Source of the DNA: a plasmid
DNA: 64,000 bases
Sequence record: NZ_CP096708.1
Direction: 5' to 3' (one strand)
Shown here: positions 29,656-38,538 of the stretch, one piece after another
Layout of the letters: each line of letters starts with the position of its first letter
How positions within the stretch are numbered: position 1 is the first letter of the stretch
Position numbers and translations under genes: made by a program
Notes under the pieces: generated by a model
Databases searched by the model: none
Told to the model about the DNA's origin: nothing
Seen by the model: only the letters and a program-made list of their open reading frames with translations

Positions 29656-30675
29656 TTGATGACTACAAATAAAACGATTGTATTTGTCTTTTTGTCAATA
29701 TTCGCTTTAATTATCTCTATTGCACTTCTAGTTGCTTTATCAATTTATATAAGATCAAGCTATATAGTTTTAAGTGCTGCCGTATTAAGCCTAATTGGTT
29801 CCTCTTTATTTTTGATCAGATTTCTATACAGAACATTCATTAATGAAACATCAACCTATAAAGAAAAATATACTTTTTGGGTTATGTCTTATTCAATGTT
29901 CATCGTTGTAGTTTTTACAATCCCATTGGGTTATTTTATTAATGTTTATGACCAAAAAAGATATACAAAAAATTTTTTGGATTTATTAAATAGTGTTGAG
30001 TTCAAATCAATTCTAAAACTAGGAACAGAAAATGATGTGTATGTTCAACTAGGAAATACAAATACTGGTTGGAGTAAAACACGTTTAGTTCTGCCTGAAT
30101 CCTCTAATGCTTCAATGTACTTAAACAATGGATATTGTGGCTTAAATTATGATGATGACTCATCTACTTCTATGAAGAAAAGCATTTCAAAATATCTTGA
30201 CAAAGATAGACTGAAAAATAATCAAATAGATTTAGCAAAGTTGTCAATAATGGTGCATGAATTTGGGCACTGTCTTGATATGAAAAGAGATTTTATAAGC
30301 TTTAATACAAAACTAATTCCAGAAAAAAATACATTGATAATTGGAAAAAATGCAATAGTTCCTAAAATGAGATCCAAAGCTAAGGATATTGAAAGTTATT
30401 TACTTTTGGCACAAGACTCTACGTTGTGGAAAGAAGTATTTGCAGATGTATATGCATCAGGTTATATGTTTGTCAATCATCCGAATGAAGCTTTTCAAAT
30501 AACAAAAGGTTTACAAGAGTATCGGTTAAAAAACAAAAAAGATGATCCAGAGCACAATTCATCCTGTTATCTAAATGTTGTACTAACTTCTACTAAGCCA
30601 AAATCAAATGAAGAACTAATCAAGTGGAGTGATAAAATTCGTGAAGATAAAAAATGTAATAGCGGGTTTTACTAG
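29656..30675 (+). CDS. Membrane-anchored HExxH zinc-metalloprotease-like protein (339 aa)
   Basis: Three N-terminal TM helices. Motif MVHEFGHCLD. Confidence 0.5.
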   Translation: MMTTNKTIVFVFLSIFALIISIALLVALSIYIRSSYIVLSAAVLSLIGSSLFLIRFLYRTFINETSTYKEKYTFWVMSYSMFIVVVFTIPLGYFINVYDQKRYTKNFLDLLNSVEFKSILKLGTENDVYVQLGNTNTGWSKTRLVLPESSNASMYLNNGYCGLNYDDDSSTSMKKSISKYLDKDRLKNNQIDLAKLSIMVHEFGHCLDMKRDFISFNTKLIPEKNTLIIGKNAIVPKMRSKAKDIESYLLLAQDSTLWKEVFADVYASGYMFVNHPNEAFQITKGLQEYRLKNKKDDPEHNSSCYLNVVLTSTKPKSNEELIKWSDKIREDKKCNSGFY

Positions 30676-30756
30676 ATTTTTGAGGTTCTAATCACAGATA
30701 TTATAAATAAACCTTAATCCAACCAGAAAAAGAAAAAACCACTATAAACGTAAAAT

Positions 30757-30781
30757 AGGGCCTTTCTAGGCCCTTTGTTTA
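30757..30781 (+). terminator. Rho-independent terminator AGGGCC-TTTCTA-GGCCCT followed by TTGTTT
   Basis: Perfect 6-bp GC stem. Confidence 0.6.
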
Positions 30782-30822
30782 GGTACTTTATTCGTGAGAA
30801 GTAACTAGGTATTCAGGCTATC

Positions 30823-30904
30823 TAAGAGTGGCCATCATAGATAAAAACGTCTATGGCCGTGGCAAACTTAGCTTCAGTATAGATAAATATGTCTATGCTC
30901 GATT
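30823..30904 (+). repeat. Partial (82-bp) copy of repeat family C
   Basis: Identical to the internal part of 17593-17783. Confidence 0.8.
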
Positions 30905-31460
30905 ATTTGGTTAAATAGTTGCCAATTTTATCAATATATTTATTTGACAATTCTTTATTAAACTTAGAAGTTTTTTCTTTAACTTGTGATTCAGGAAGTT
31001 GGGCTAATACTCGATCTGTAGTAATGATTGGCGATTTATAGTTAAAGCGACCCTTTGTACAATACATAATTTGACTTGGATAAACTTTAAATCCTAGAAC
31101 CTGTTTTGTTGTTCTATCAAAAATAGGAGTTCCTTTAATAATAGAACCGTTATCGTTTATTGTTAGTATGGCAATTTTACCATTCCCATCTTTTTTAACA
31201 GTAACATTGTCAAAGTAACAATCATTTTTAGAGCCTAAAGAATTTGTATAATTAATAATATCAACATCAGTTAGGCTTTTATTCAATTGTCTTCCTTTAT
31301 ATATCATGAATGATAAGACTAGAATTACAATCAAAAGCAAAGGAATTGCTTGGAAGATAGTTTTTAATTCAAGTACTTGAGGGTGATTGTTGTGATTATT
31401 AAAACTCATCTTTTGTTTAATACCTTTATTTAAAATGAAATGCATATGGTTGTAAATCAA
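30903..31460 (-). CDS. Membrane-anchored protein (185 aa), last gene of methyltransferase operon
   Basis: Overlaps the upstream gene by 35 nt. One TM helix. Confidence 0.5.
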   Translation of the reverse strand: MIYNHMHFILNKGIKQKMSFNNHNNHPQVLELKTIFQAIPLLLIVILVLSFMIYKGRQLNKSLTDVDIINYTNSLGSKNDCYFDNVTVKKDGNGKIAILTINDNGSIIKGTPIFDRTTKQVLGFKVYPSQIMYCTKGRFNYKSPIITTDRVLAQLPESQVKEKTSKFNKELSNKYIDKIGNYLTK

Positions 31461-32043
31461 TAGGATTCCATTGCTTTAGTTTAATATCTGATATTATTGA
31501 TTCTTCATTTCCAAACAAAAACCAAAATTCATCATTAAGATAAATATCTCCATATGAATCGTATTCATCTATTTCAAGGCTTACTGTATACAAATTACTA
31601 TCTTGGCCTTGATTTGAAATTCTTAAGACAACTTGAGCATACGCATTCTTAAGTAGGGTAATATGATCAGGATCATCCCAATGGTTTGTATCACCTACCT
31701 CTATATTTAAAACGTCGAAAAGGTTTAGAGCCAATATTTTACGAGTGATATCTCTCATTTTCTGTACCTTAATTTGTAAATTTACCTTATTACTATCTTG
31801 AACTGTTACACAAGAAGCGTTCTCAAATACCCACATAGATAAATCGGTATTCGGAAAAGCCTGATTAGTTAATTTACGGAAAGCTATATCAAAAACTTCA
31901 TTCTGTTCTGCGTTTCTTTTGGCCCAAACTTTAATATTTCCATTGTATAGATTCGGGATCCAAGGTATTGAACTTACTTTAACATCCCACTCTACAAGAT
32001 CAGTTGAATTAATAATTTTTAAATCATCATCCTTTAATGTCAT
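31426..32043 (-). CDS. Hypothetical protein (205 aa) translationally coupled to the methyltransferase
   Basis: 17-nt overlap with the methyltransferase gene. Confidence 0.5.
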   Translation of the reverse strand: MTLKDDDLKIINSTDLVEWDVKVSSIPWIPNLYNGNIKVWAKRNAEQNEVFDIAFRKLTNQAFPNTDLSMWVFENASCVTVQDSNKVNLQIKVQKMRDITRKILALNLFDVLNIEVGDTNHWDDPDHITLLKNAYAQVVLRISNQGQDSNLYTVSLEIDEYDSYGDIYLNDEFWFLFGNEESIISDIKLKQWNPIDLQPYAFHFK

Positions 32044-32749
32044 TTAAGTAATCCTCAGCATTAGAAACAGAAAGTATGGAAGCAAGAATAGCTTGACGTT
32101 CAGCGCATGGAAGATCTTTGAAGTTATTTGCCCACCTTTCAGCTTTACGTTTAATTCTTTGTCGGTCAGTAAAATCTTTACCTGCATAAGTATGATAATG
32201 AATGGTATTTGGAAAAAAATTACACCAAACTGTCTCAGTCCGAACACCACCCCTTGTCATAGCCTGGAAATCTATAGACCACCAGTCCGCAATAAGTTCA
32301 TCGTAAATTCTATTTCTATAACCAGATAAAAGAACAAAACAATTTTCAGGCAATTTCTTTAGGAGTTGAATTAGTTTCAGATGGTCTTCATCATTAAATT
32401 CATATTTGTAGCGCTTTTTACTTGATCTGGTTTCGAGTAAGTAAGGTGGATCACAATATAAAACTGTTCGGCCAGATTGGGAAAAATCAAACTCATTTAA
32501 GAAATTTAAAGAATCAGTATGATAAAGCTCAACATCATTTTCGGGTGAAATAAAAGATTCAATACAATCAATATTTAAATCTATTCCAATTTGTCTAGAT
32601 GACTTAGCTTTTTTAGATAAAATTGATCCAGTGCCTAAGAATAGTTCTATGTAGGTATCATGTGGTGGAATTAAGTTAATAATAGCTTGATAAACACCAC
32701 TTCCTGATTTTGCACCTAAGTAGTTATTTAAAATAGAATTCATCTTCAT
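32027..32749 (-). CDS. Dam-family (D12 class) N6-adenine DNA methyltransferase (240 aa)
   Basis: N-terminal YLGAKSG, motif I FLGTGS, motif IV DPPY. Confidence 0.75.
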   Translation of the reverse strand: MKMNSILNNYLGAKSGSGVYQAIINLIPPHDTYIELFLGTGSILSKKAKSSRQIGIDLNIDCIESFISPENDVELYHTDSLNFLNEFDFSQSGRTVLYCDPPYLLETRSSKKRYKYEFNDEDHLKLIQLLKKLPENCFVLLSGYRNRIYDELIADWWSIDFQAMTRGGVRTETVWCNFFPNTIHYHTYAGKDFTDRQRIKRKAERWANNFKDLPCAERQAILASILSVSNAEDYLNDIKG

Positions 32750-32764
32750 ACCTATTTTAATTGT

Positions 32765-33022
32765 TTACTTTGGACAGCTTTTTGAATATTGAATATCTTT
32801 AGAACATTCATTTTTTGTTTTTAATTTAGGTAAATCTATACTGAAAACGATTACATTGAGAAAAAAGAATATGCCAATGTAAAATATATTTTTTCCAGTT
32901 TCTCTTACCCATAAATCTGAGCGATATTTTTTTGAATAAATCCAATACAACCCAGGTATAATCATACATAAGGATAAAATCAAAAGTATGATAGATGGAG
33001 TTGAAAGTTTAAAATAGTCCAT
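32765..33022 (-). CDS. Small membrane protein (85 aa)
   Basis: Two TM helices. Confidence 0.4.
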   Translation of the reverse strand: MDYFKLSTPSIILLILSLCMIIPGLYWIYSKKYRSDLWVRETGKNIFYIGIFFFLNVIVFSIDLPKLKTKNECSKDIQYSKSCPK

Positions 33023-33036
33023 ATTTAATTCTCCAT

Positions 33037-33594
33037 CTATACTTTATTAACCAGAGAAATGAAGTTTTTTTTGATTGTACAGAGATTAATATCTTTATTA
33101 GACGGTTGATAGGATTTAAGATATTCAGGTATAAGCAACTGTTGAAAGTCAAAACAAGTAATGGTTCCTTTTCTAAATTCCATAATTTCTTTAACTTTTA
33201 GTTTAACCGTTTCATTTCTATCAATAATTTCTTTTAATGTTAAATAGTCGATTTCTGAAATCTCATTAAATAAAAATGTAGTGGATAAGAAATTTAAGTT
33301 TTGTTGATTTAAAAAACGTGAATTTCTTTTAGATAAATACTTATATAAGATTCTTATACTAAGAATCATTATTGATGAAAAAGATATAGCAACTAAAAAA
33401 TTAATTCTTAAGTTGAAACTAAAAATCCAACAAAGATAAAATCCATAAAAACAGAATAGAAATTGTGACAATATAAATGCATGAATAATGACATTTGTTA
33501 TAAAGTCAAAATTAGAAAAGGCAGATTGATACTGTTCCTTAGAAATAGGTTTGTAATTAGATATTCTGATATCTAACATTTCAATAGTTTGCAT
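33037..33594 (-). CDS. Membrane protein (185 aa), paralog of 35091-35696
   Basis: Shared N-terminal YKP...Q-Y motif and C-terminal V/KVKEI...G-IT-FDF motif. Preceded on the - strand by palindrome plus hairpin-SD GAGCTGCTAAGCTTAAGGTG (33600-33619). Confidence 0.55.
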   Translation of the reverse strand: MQTIEMLDIRISNYKPISKEQYQSAFSNFDFITNVIIHAFILSQFLFCFYGFYLCWIFSFNLRINFLVAISFSSIMILSIRILYKYLSKRNSRFLNQQNLNFLSTTFLFNEISEIDYLTLKEIIDRNETVKLKVKEIMEFRKGTITCFDFQQLLIPEYLKSYQPSNKDINLCTIKKNFISLVNKV

Positions 33595-33623
33595 ATTAAC
33601 ACCTTAAGCTTAGCAGCTCGTAT

Positions 33624-33639
33624 GTTGCGGATCCGCAAC
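33624..33639. repeat. 16-bp palindrome (copy 6)
   Basis: Exact. Confidence 0.9.
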
Positions 33640-33671
33640 CAAAAATAATAATTAAAGCTTAAACAGAAAAC

Positions 33672-33896
33672 TTATTTGAATTTCTGTAAAGCGGTTAAAA
33701 CCTTTTTTAAGCCTAGTAATCCAAGTCCAATACTAAACAAAATAATTGTACTTAACCCCAAATCAATTTTACCTTTTAGGATAATGGTATATAGGTTAAC
33801 CAATATGAGGATTGTAACTTGAATAATAATAAATATCTTGGTTTTCCTCAATTGGCTTTCATGATATTCTTTATTTCCAGTCTTAAGTTCAAACAT
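33672..33896 (-). CDS. Small membrane protein (74 aa)
   Basis: Two TM helices. Confidence 0.4.
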   Translation of the reverse strand: MFELKTGNKEYHESQLRKTKIFIIIQVTILILVNLYTIILKGKIDLGLSTIILFSIGLGLLGLKKVLTALQKFK

Positions 33897-33910
33897 ACTT
33901 AAAATCCTTC

Positions 33911-34414
33911 TTATTTGAACAGCATAGTCTCTAGCTCATCTCTGTTTTCATCTATATACTCATCAATATAAGTGGAAACCTCTGTATCACTATAGCCCCA
34001 ACTAATTATTTGTCCGATTAAGTAATCATCAAAATACATAAATAGGGTTTTTAACTGGTCAATAGTGGGATCTACATTTTCAAAAAATTCGAAATGGTTT
34101 ATTAGGGAATACTTTAGAGTATCTAAAAAGAAACTTTCATCTTTAGAATGACTCCAATAGCATTCTTTTATAGAAAGCAATCGCTGTTCATCTTTCAAAT
34201 TTTTCAATCGTTGAGATTCTTTTTGTTTTGCAATGTCATCTTCAGTGGCTTCTATAAAGATAATATTAGGATGATCTTTAAGTTCTTCTTGGAACAAGGA
34301 TTTTCCTTTATTTTTATTAGTACAGCCCATAATAAATGTATGTTCACCACTGGCTTTATTAGGGAATTTAAATGCAGTTAGTAATTTGGTTGCGTCATAT
34401 ATTTCATTTGTCAT
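33911..34414 (-). CDS. Hypothetical acidic protein (167 aa)
   Basis: Overlaps the PD-(D/E)xK gene end. Confidence 0.45.
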   Translation of the reverse strand: MTNEIYDATKLLTAFKFPNKASGEHTFIMGCTNKNKGKSLFQEELKDHPNIIFIEATEDDIAKQKESQRLKNLKDEQRLLSIKECYWSHSKDESFFLDTLKYSLINHFEFFENVDPTIDQLKTLFMYFDDYLIGQIISWGYSDTEVSTYIDEYIDENRDELETMLFK

Positions 34415-34883
34415 TAGACATTCTCCTAAGTAAAATTGAATATAGAAATGATCTTTCCTTTTCTATATCTGATAGATGAAAAAACGGATCCCTTTGTTTA
34501 TAAATATCTTGGCTATTATTACTTGAATAAATATTACCTGTTCTGAACCTCTCTATTGTAACTTTGCCGTTTGAACTGACCTCGATCAGCCCCCATGAGT
34601 CAGGAACTTTGTTGATTTCAATCAATCCTTTAGGTGCACAATAGATTCTATAGTTACCGACACCCATTAATTGACCGTTACGTTCAGGCTTTTTAAAATC
34701 CTTTCTAAAGTCTGCTAAACTTGTCTTGCATTCAACAATCAAGCTTGTATTTGATCTAAATGCCAAAATATCAGGTATTTCTCTACTTCCAATACACTTA
34801 AGCTCTGTTTCAATAATTGGGAATTTTAAGTAACTCTTAACCCATTTTGCTGCTATTTGAACAAGTTCTGAATGAGATAACAT
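34404..34883 (-). CDS. PD-(D/E)xK nuclease-fold protein (159 aa)
   Basis: Compact motif set: E (IIETE), PD (IPDILAF), ExK (LIVECKTS). Confidence 0.5.
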   Translation of the reverse strand: MLSHSELVQIAAKWVKSYLKFPIIETELKCIGSREIPDILAFRSNTSLIVECKTSLADFRKDFKKPERNGQLMGVGNYRIYCAPKGLIEINKVPDSWGLIEVSSNGKVTIERFRTGNIYSSNNSQDIYKQRDPFFHLSDIEKERSFLYSILLRRMSNDK

Positions 34884-34894
34884 GAGTACACCTG

Positions 34895-35119
34895 CTAGTC
34901 CGATTCATATTTAACTTTTTTCAGTTTAATGAGGTGATATTGTTCAATAAAAAAAGTTATTAAAGAGAAAATAACGAAAATAACACCATTTGAAAATAGT
35001 AAAATACATACCCAAATTATTGATATTTGCAGTGCTGTAAGGTTGTCAATTGGCAACATTTGATTCACTTTATCAATATATTCCATATAATTAATCATTA
35101 TTTTTATCTCCATTATCAT
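34895..35119 (-). CDS. Small membrane protein (74 aa)
   Basis: One or two TM helices. Confidence 0.4.
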   Translation of the reverse strand: MIMEIKIMINYMEYIDKVNQMLPIDNLTALQISIIWVCILLFSNGVIFVIFSLITFFIEQYHLIKLKKVKYESD

Positions 35120-35696
35120 TGAACAGGTCAGTGAGGATTAAGTCTCTTTTTTTGTTAGACTCATTAATTGACTCTTGTTCTTTTAATAGACTTAATAATT
35201 TTATAACATTAAGATTTATAAAATCGAAGCCTGTAATAATTCCATCTCTATTTTTTAGAATTTCTTTTACTTTATTTTTAAATTCTGGAATAGTGTTAGA
35301 AACATCGCTAATCATTTGATAACTATCTGAATCAATTTCATCAAAACTATCAATTGAACATAAACTTATCAAATTATTTTTATTAAGTAAATTATCATTA
35401 ACTGAAAACATTTTTCTTGTTGAGAAAGCTGATATTATAAAAAATGTTAGTGATGTTAGAAATATCATTTTCCCATAATTGAAAACAGGTACTTCTGGAA
35501 TTAACAAATCCATTAATGATATAAATGCTATAACAAAAAAAATAATCATTAAAATTAATAATAACCTTATTATTATGGTATAGCGTTCAGACTTACGGTA
35601 AATCGGAATATATTGTTTCTGTGTAAGAGGTTTATATTCTTTGATTTCCTTAATACACAAATCAATAACTTCTTGTGTCTTGACAATTTCATTCAT
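35091..35696 (-). CDS. Membrane protein (about 201 aa), paralog of 33037-33594
   Basis: Start taken at MNEIVK (35696), just after hairpin-SD GAGCCGAAAGGCTTATGGTG (35702-35721) and the palindrome. The track ORF extends to 35786. Confidence 0.5.
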   Translation of the reverse strand: MNEIVKTQEVIDLCIKEIKEYKPLTQKQYIPIYRKSERYTIIIRLLLILMIIFFVIAFISLMDLLIPEVPVFNYGKMIFLTSLTFFIISAFSTRKMFSVNDNLLNKNNLISLCSIDSFDEIDSDSYQMISDVSNTIPEFKNKVKEILKNRDGIITGFDFINLNVIKLLSLLKEQESINESNKKRDLILTDLFNDNGDKNND

Positions 35697-35725
35697 ATAT
35701 ACACCATAAGCCTTTCGGCTCGTTA

Positions 35726-35741
35726 GTTGCGGATCCGCAAC
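35726..35741. repeat. 16-bp palindrome (copy 7)
   Basis: Exact. Confidence 0.9.
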
Positions 35742-35744
35742 AAA

Positions 35745-35896
35745 AAAATTAGTTGCATAGCCATTTAGGATAGCTAATAATAACATGGCTATTTTAGATG
35801 CTGCAATATCTAAAATAGCCTACCCTTTTACACGGCTTTTTTGACTATGCCCAAAATGGCTATCAAATTGATATATTTTACTAGAGAGCTTGTTTT
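35745..35896. promoter_or_regulatory. Candidate res site for the adjacent serine recombinase
   Basis: Several TAGCCAT.. / ..ATGGCTA inverted-repeat subsites (GCATAGCCATTT, ACATGGCTATTTT, AAAATAGCC, AAAATGGCTATC). Confidence 0.4.
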
Positions 35897-36535
35897 TTGA
35901 CCATTGCTAAAGTTGCAAGAGTGTACTTGCGCGTGAGTACAGATTCCCAAAGTCTTGAACGCCAAGAAAAGGTTATTTCTGATGCTAGGTCGGCAGGATA
36001 TTACATTGCTGCTGTTTATAAGGAAAAAGCTTCAGGTGCAACTATCGACAGACCTGAGCTTCAGAGAATGATTAATGATTTACAATCAGGCGAAGTTGTA
36101 ATTGCAGAAAAATTAGACCGTATTAGTCGTCTACCTTTAAAAGAAGCCGAAAATTTAATTGAATCAATTAGATCTAAAGGTGCTAGATTAGCTATTCCTG
36201 GTTTAGTTGATCTTTCAGAGATAAGTAAAGACTTATCAGGAATGAGCAAGATTATTGTTGATACGATTCAAGAGCTATTATTAAAAATTGCATTACAGAT
36301 GGCTCATGAAGACTATGAACTTAGACGTGAGCGTCAGAGACAGGGCCAAAAAATACTTAAAGATAAAAGATTGTATAAAGGCCGAAAACCAAATGAGAAG
36401 GTTAATCTAGAAATTATCAAACTTAGGAAAAAGGGCTTGTCGATTAGTGAAACAGCAAAAGGAGCTAAATGCTCAATAGCCCAAGTTAAAAAAATCTGGC
36501 GTGAATATAATGATCAATTAAGTGAGGATGACTAG
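35897..36535 (+). CDS. Serine recombinase (resolvase/invertase family, 212 aa)
   Basis: N-terminal catalytic motif YLRVSTDSQ. C-terminal HTH. Confidence 0.75.
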   Translation: MTIAKVARVYLRVSTDSQSLERQEKVISDARSAGYYIAAVYKEKASGATIDRPELQRMINDLQSGEVVIAEKLDRISRLPLKEAENLIESIRSKGARLAIPGLVDLSEISKDLSGMSKIIVDTIQELLLKIALQMAHEDYELRRERQRQGQKILKDKRLYKGRKPNEKVNLEIIKLRKKGLSISETAKGAKCSIAQVKKIWREYNDQLSEDD

Positions 36536-36563
36536 AGTTCTAGACCCCTACTCTACTTTTAAA

Positions 36564-36767
36564 CTAAATTTTTTTTCTAATTTTATCGTATGTATAAATA
36601 CATATAGGCATACTAGCTAAGATTCCGAGTAAACCATACAAGCCCATAAAACCTTGTAAGATTTCATATGTAAAATTTACGAACAATAAGCTAATTAATA
36701 AACGTAATTGAAAGTTGATTGTGAAAAAGTATATTAAATATTTTTCTATCAAGTTGAAGTCCTTCAT
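36564..36767 (-). CDS. Small membrane protein (67 aa)
   Basis: Two TM helices. Confidence 0.35.
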   Translation of the reverse strand: MKDFNLIEKYLIYFFTINFQLRLLISLLFVNFTYEILQGFMGLYGLLGILASMPICIYTYDKIRKKI

Positions 36768-36798
36768 TCTCTGGATTCTTATTAGTTAGACAATTAAG

Positions 36799-37308
36799 TT
36801 ATTGTTTTTTGTTTAAACTCATACCTACATGTAATGCTATAAATAGAAGCACACCAGTCAAGTAGAATGCTAAAGTTAATGGTATTAATTGCAGATATTT
36901 TTGAATGTTAATTGTATGATTTTGCACAGGAAAAAGTAAAGAATCTACTATATAGATTGCGGTGATTATTAGAGAAATTCTTAAAAAATATGGCGTAACT
37001 CTTTTGGTAAATCCATGACTATTTTGGTTATATTCTTTCCAATTGTTAGTCTGGAGTGCTTTTAATTGCTTATCTGATAAAGCACCAACCCAGTTAAGTT
37101 TTTTAAGTAACTTGTGTTTAACGAAAAGTGGGCAAAACAGAATCCAAAATACCATTGCTATGCCTGAAAATGCCAAAATATTCTCAACACCTGAAATTGA
37201 TGATTTATATATAACAGGTTGAAAGATAACGTATCCAGCAGGAATAAAAGTGATAGCTAGACATTGACTGAAAGAAATTTTTTTCATGTATATTTTCTTA
37301 TATCCCAA
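36799..37308 (-). CDS. Integral membrane protein (169 aa)
   Basis: Four or five TM helices. Palindrome copy 8 lies about 50 nt upstream on the - strand. Confidence 0.45.
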   Translation of the reverse strand: MGYKKIYMKKISFSQCLAITFIPAGYVIFQPVIYKSSISGVENILAFSGIAMVFWILFCPLFVKHKLLKKLNWVGALSDKQLKALQTNNWKEYNQNSHGFTKRVTPYFLRISLIITAIYIVDSLLFPVQNHTINIQKYLQLIPLTLAFYLTGVLLFIALHVGMSLNKKQ

Positions 37309-37358
37309 AAATAAAAAACCATTAATGCCTATAGAGACATTAATGACCTTATGTAGTT

Positions 37359-37374
37359 GTTGCGGATCCGCAAC
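37359..37374. repeat. 16-bp palindrome (copy 8)
   Basis: Exact. Confidence 0.9.
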
Positions 37375-37383
37375 AAAAAATTC

Positions 37384-37680
37384 TTATAAGAATATTTGTT
37401 CTACATTTTTCACTGATTCATCACTAAATCTATTTTCGCAATCTTTACATTCAAATGAAATGCTATGAAAGATGTTTACAGCATTGTGTTGTTTGAAGTC
37501 TAAATCACCATTATTAAAGTGAATTACATCTGAAATCTTTTTGTTTATAAAAAGTATTAGATTTCGACTTTCACATTTGGGGCATTTAACACTTTCATTC
37601 AATGCTAACGGTGGAGTGTCCATTTTGAGTGCAGGAATTTCAGTTTTTAGGATTTGAGATGCGTCTAAATATTCGCTCAT
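37384..37680 (-). CDS. Zinc-ribbon protein (98 aa)
   Basis: CPKCES...CKDCEN, a four-Cys ribbon. Confidence 0.45.
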   Translation of the reverse strand: MSEYLDASQILKTEIPALKMDTPPLALNESVKCPKCESRNLILFINKKISDVIHFNNGDLDFKQHNAVNIFHSISFECKDCENRFSDESVKNVEQIFL

Positions 37681-37919
37681 TTTTCTTCTCTAGTTAACAA
37701 GAAATAAACATTACTATAACTTGCGAGGATAAATAACACGTATACAAGGGTGTCTATTGTATAGGTTTTGTAACTGAATGGCATTAGAAAACATTCCTAT
37801 ATTCGTAAGTAAATGATTTACTTAGAGAAATATACAGATCTGTCTGTTTTCAAAAATGTATCAAAGTGATTGTTTTTTTTAGTATGATACGGACATATTT
37901 AGAAGAGTAAAGTTGTCCT

Positions 37920-38525
37920 ATGCAAACAACTCAAATAATAACAGTAAAGAAAGCAATCATTCCAATTAATGTGATGGCTTTGGCAATTGTCATTAGTTGT
38001 TCGGCAAATGCTACTTGTTGGAATGAGGCTGCCGCAACTTACGGCCAAGATCCATATCTTCTTAAGGCTATCGCTTGGAAAGAGAGTAAGGGTTATGTCG
38101 GTGCAGTAGGTTCGTTATTGAAAGACGGCAATAGAGCACTTGGTCTAATGCAGGTTAATACGATCCATTTAAATAGGCTTAGCAAAATTGGAGTTAGACG
38201 AGAGGATTTATTTGATCCTTGCGTTTCTCAAAAAGTAGGCGCTTGGGTGCTTGCTGAATGTATGGATAAATTCAAAGAAGTGTGGCGCTCGGTTGGATGT
38301 TATTACGGTGGCCCATATTCAAGAGCTTACACCGCAATGAATCTCTACGCTCAAGACGTTAAGCGTTATTACGAACAATATAAGCGCAAAGCTGGTCTGC
38401 CACTCGAATACACGCCTATTTATCAAAATAAGTTCAATCAACAATGGCCTTCTGTGACTGCAACTACAGAAGAAAAGCCAAAGATCAAAAATACAAATAC
38501 AACTTTTGAAATTATCCAATTTTAA
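37920..38525 (+). CDS. Lytic transglycosylase (VirB1/Orf169-like, 201 aa)
   Basis: Signal peptide. SLT catalytic motif ES followed by GLMQV. Confidence 0.7.
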   Translation: MQTTQIITVKKAIIPINVMALAIVISCSANATCWNEAAATYGQDPYLLKAIAWKESKGYVGAVGSLLKDGNRALGLMQVNTIHLNRLSKIGVRREDLFDPCVSQKVGAWVLAECMDKFKEVWRSVGCYYGGPYSRAYTAMNLYAQDVKRYYEQYKRKAGLPLEYTPIYQNKFNQQWPSVTATTEEKPKIKNTNTTFEIIQF

Positions 38526-38538
38526 AGAGGAGATAGAG

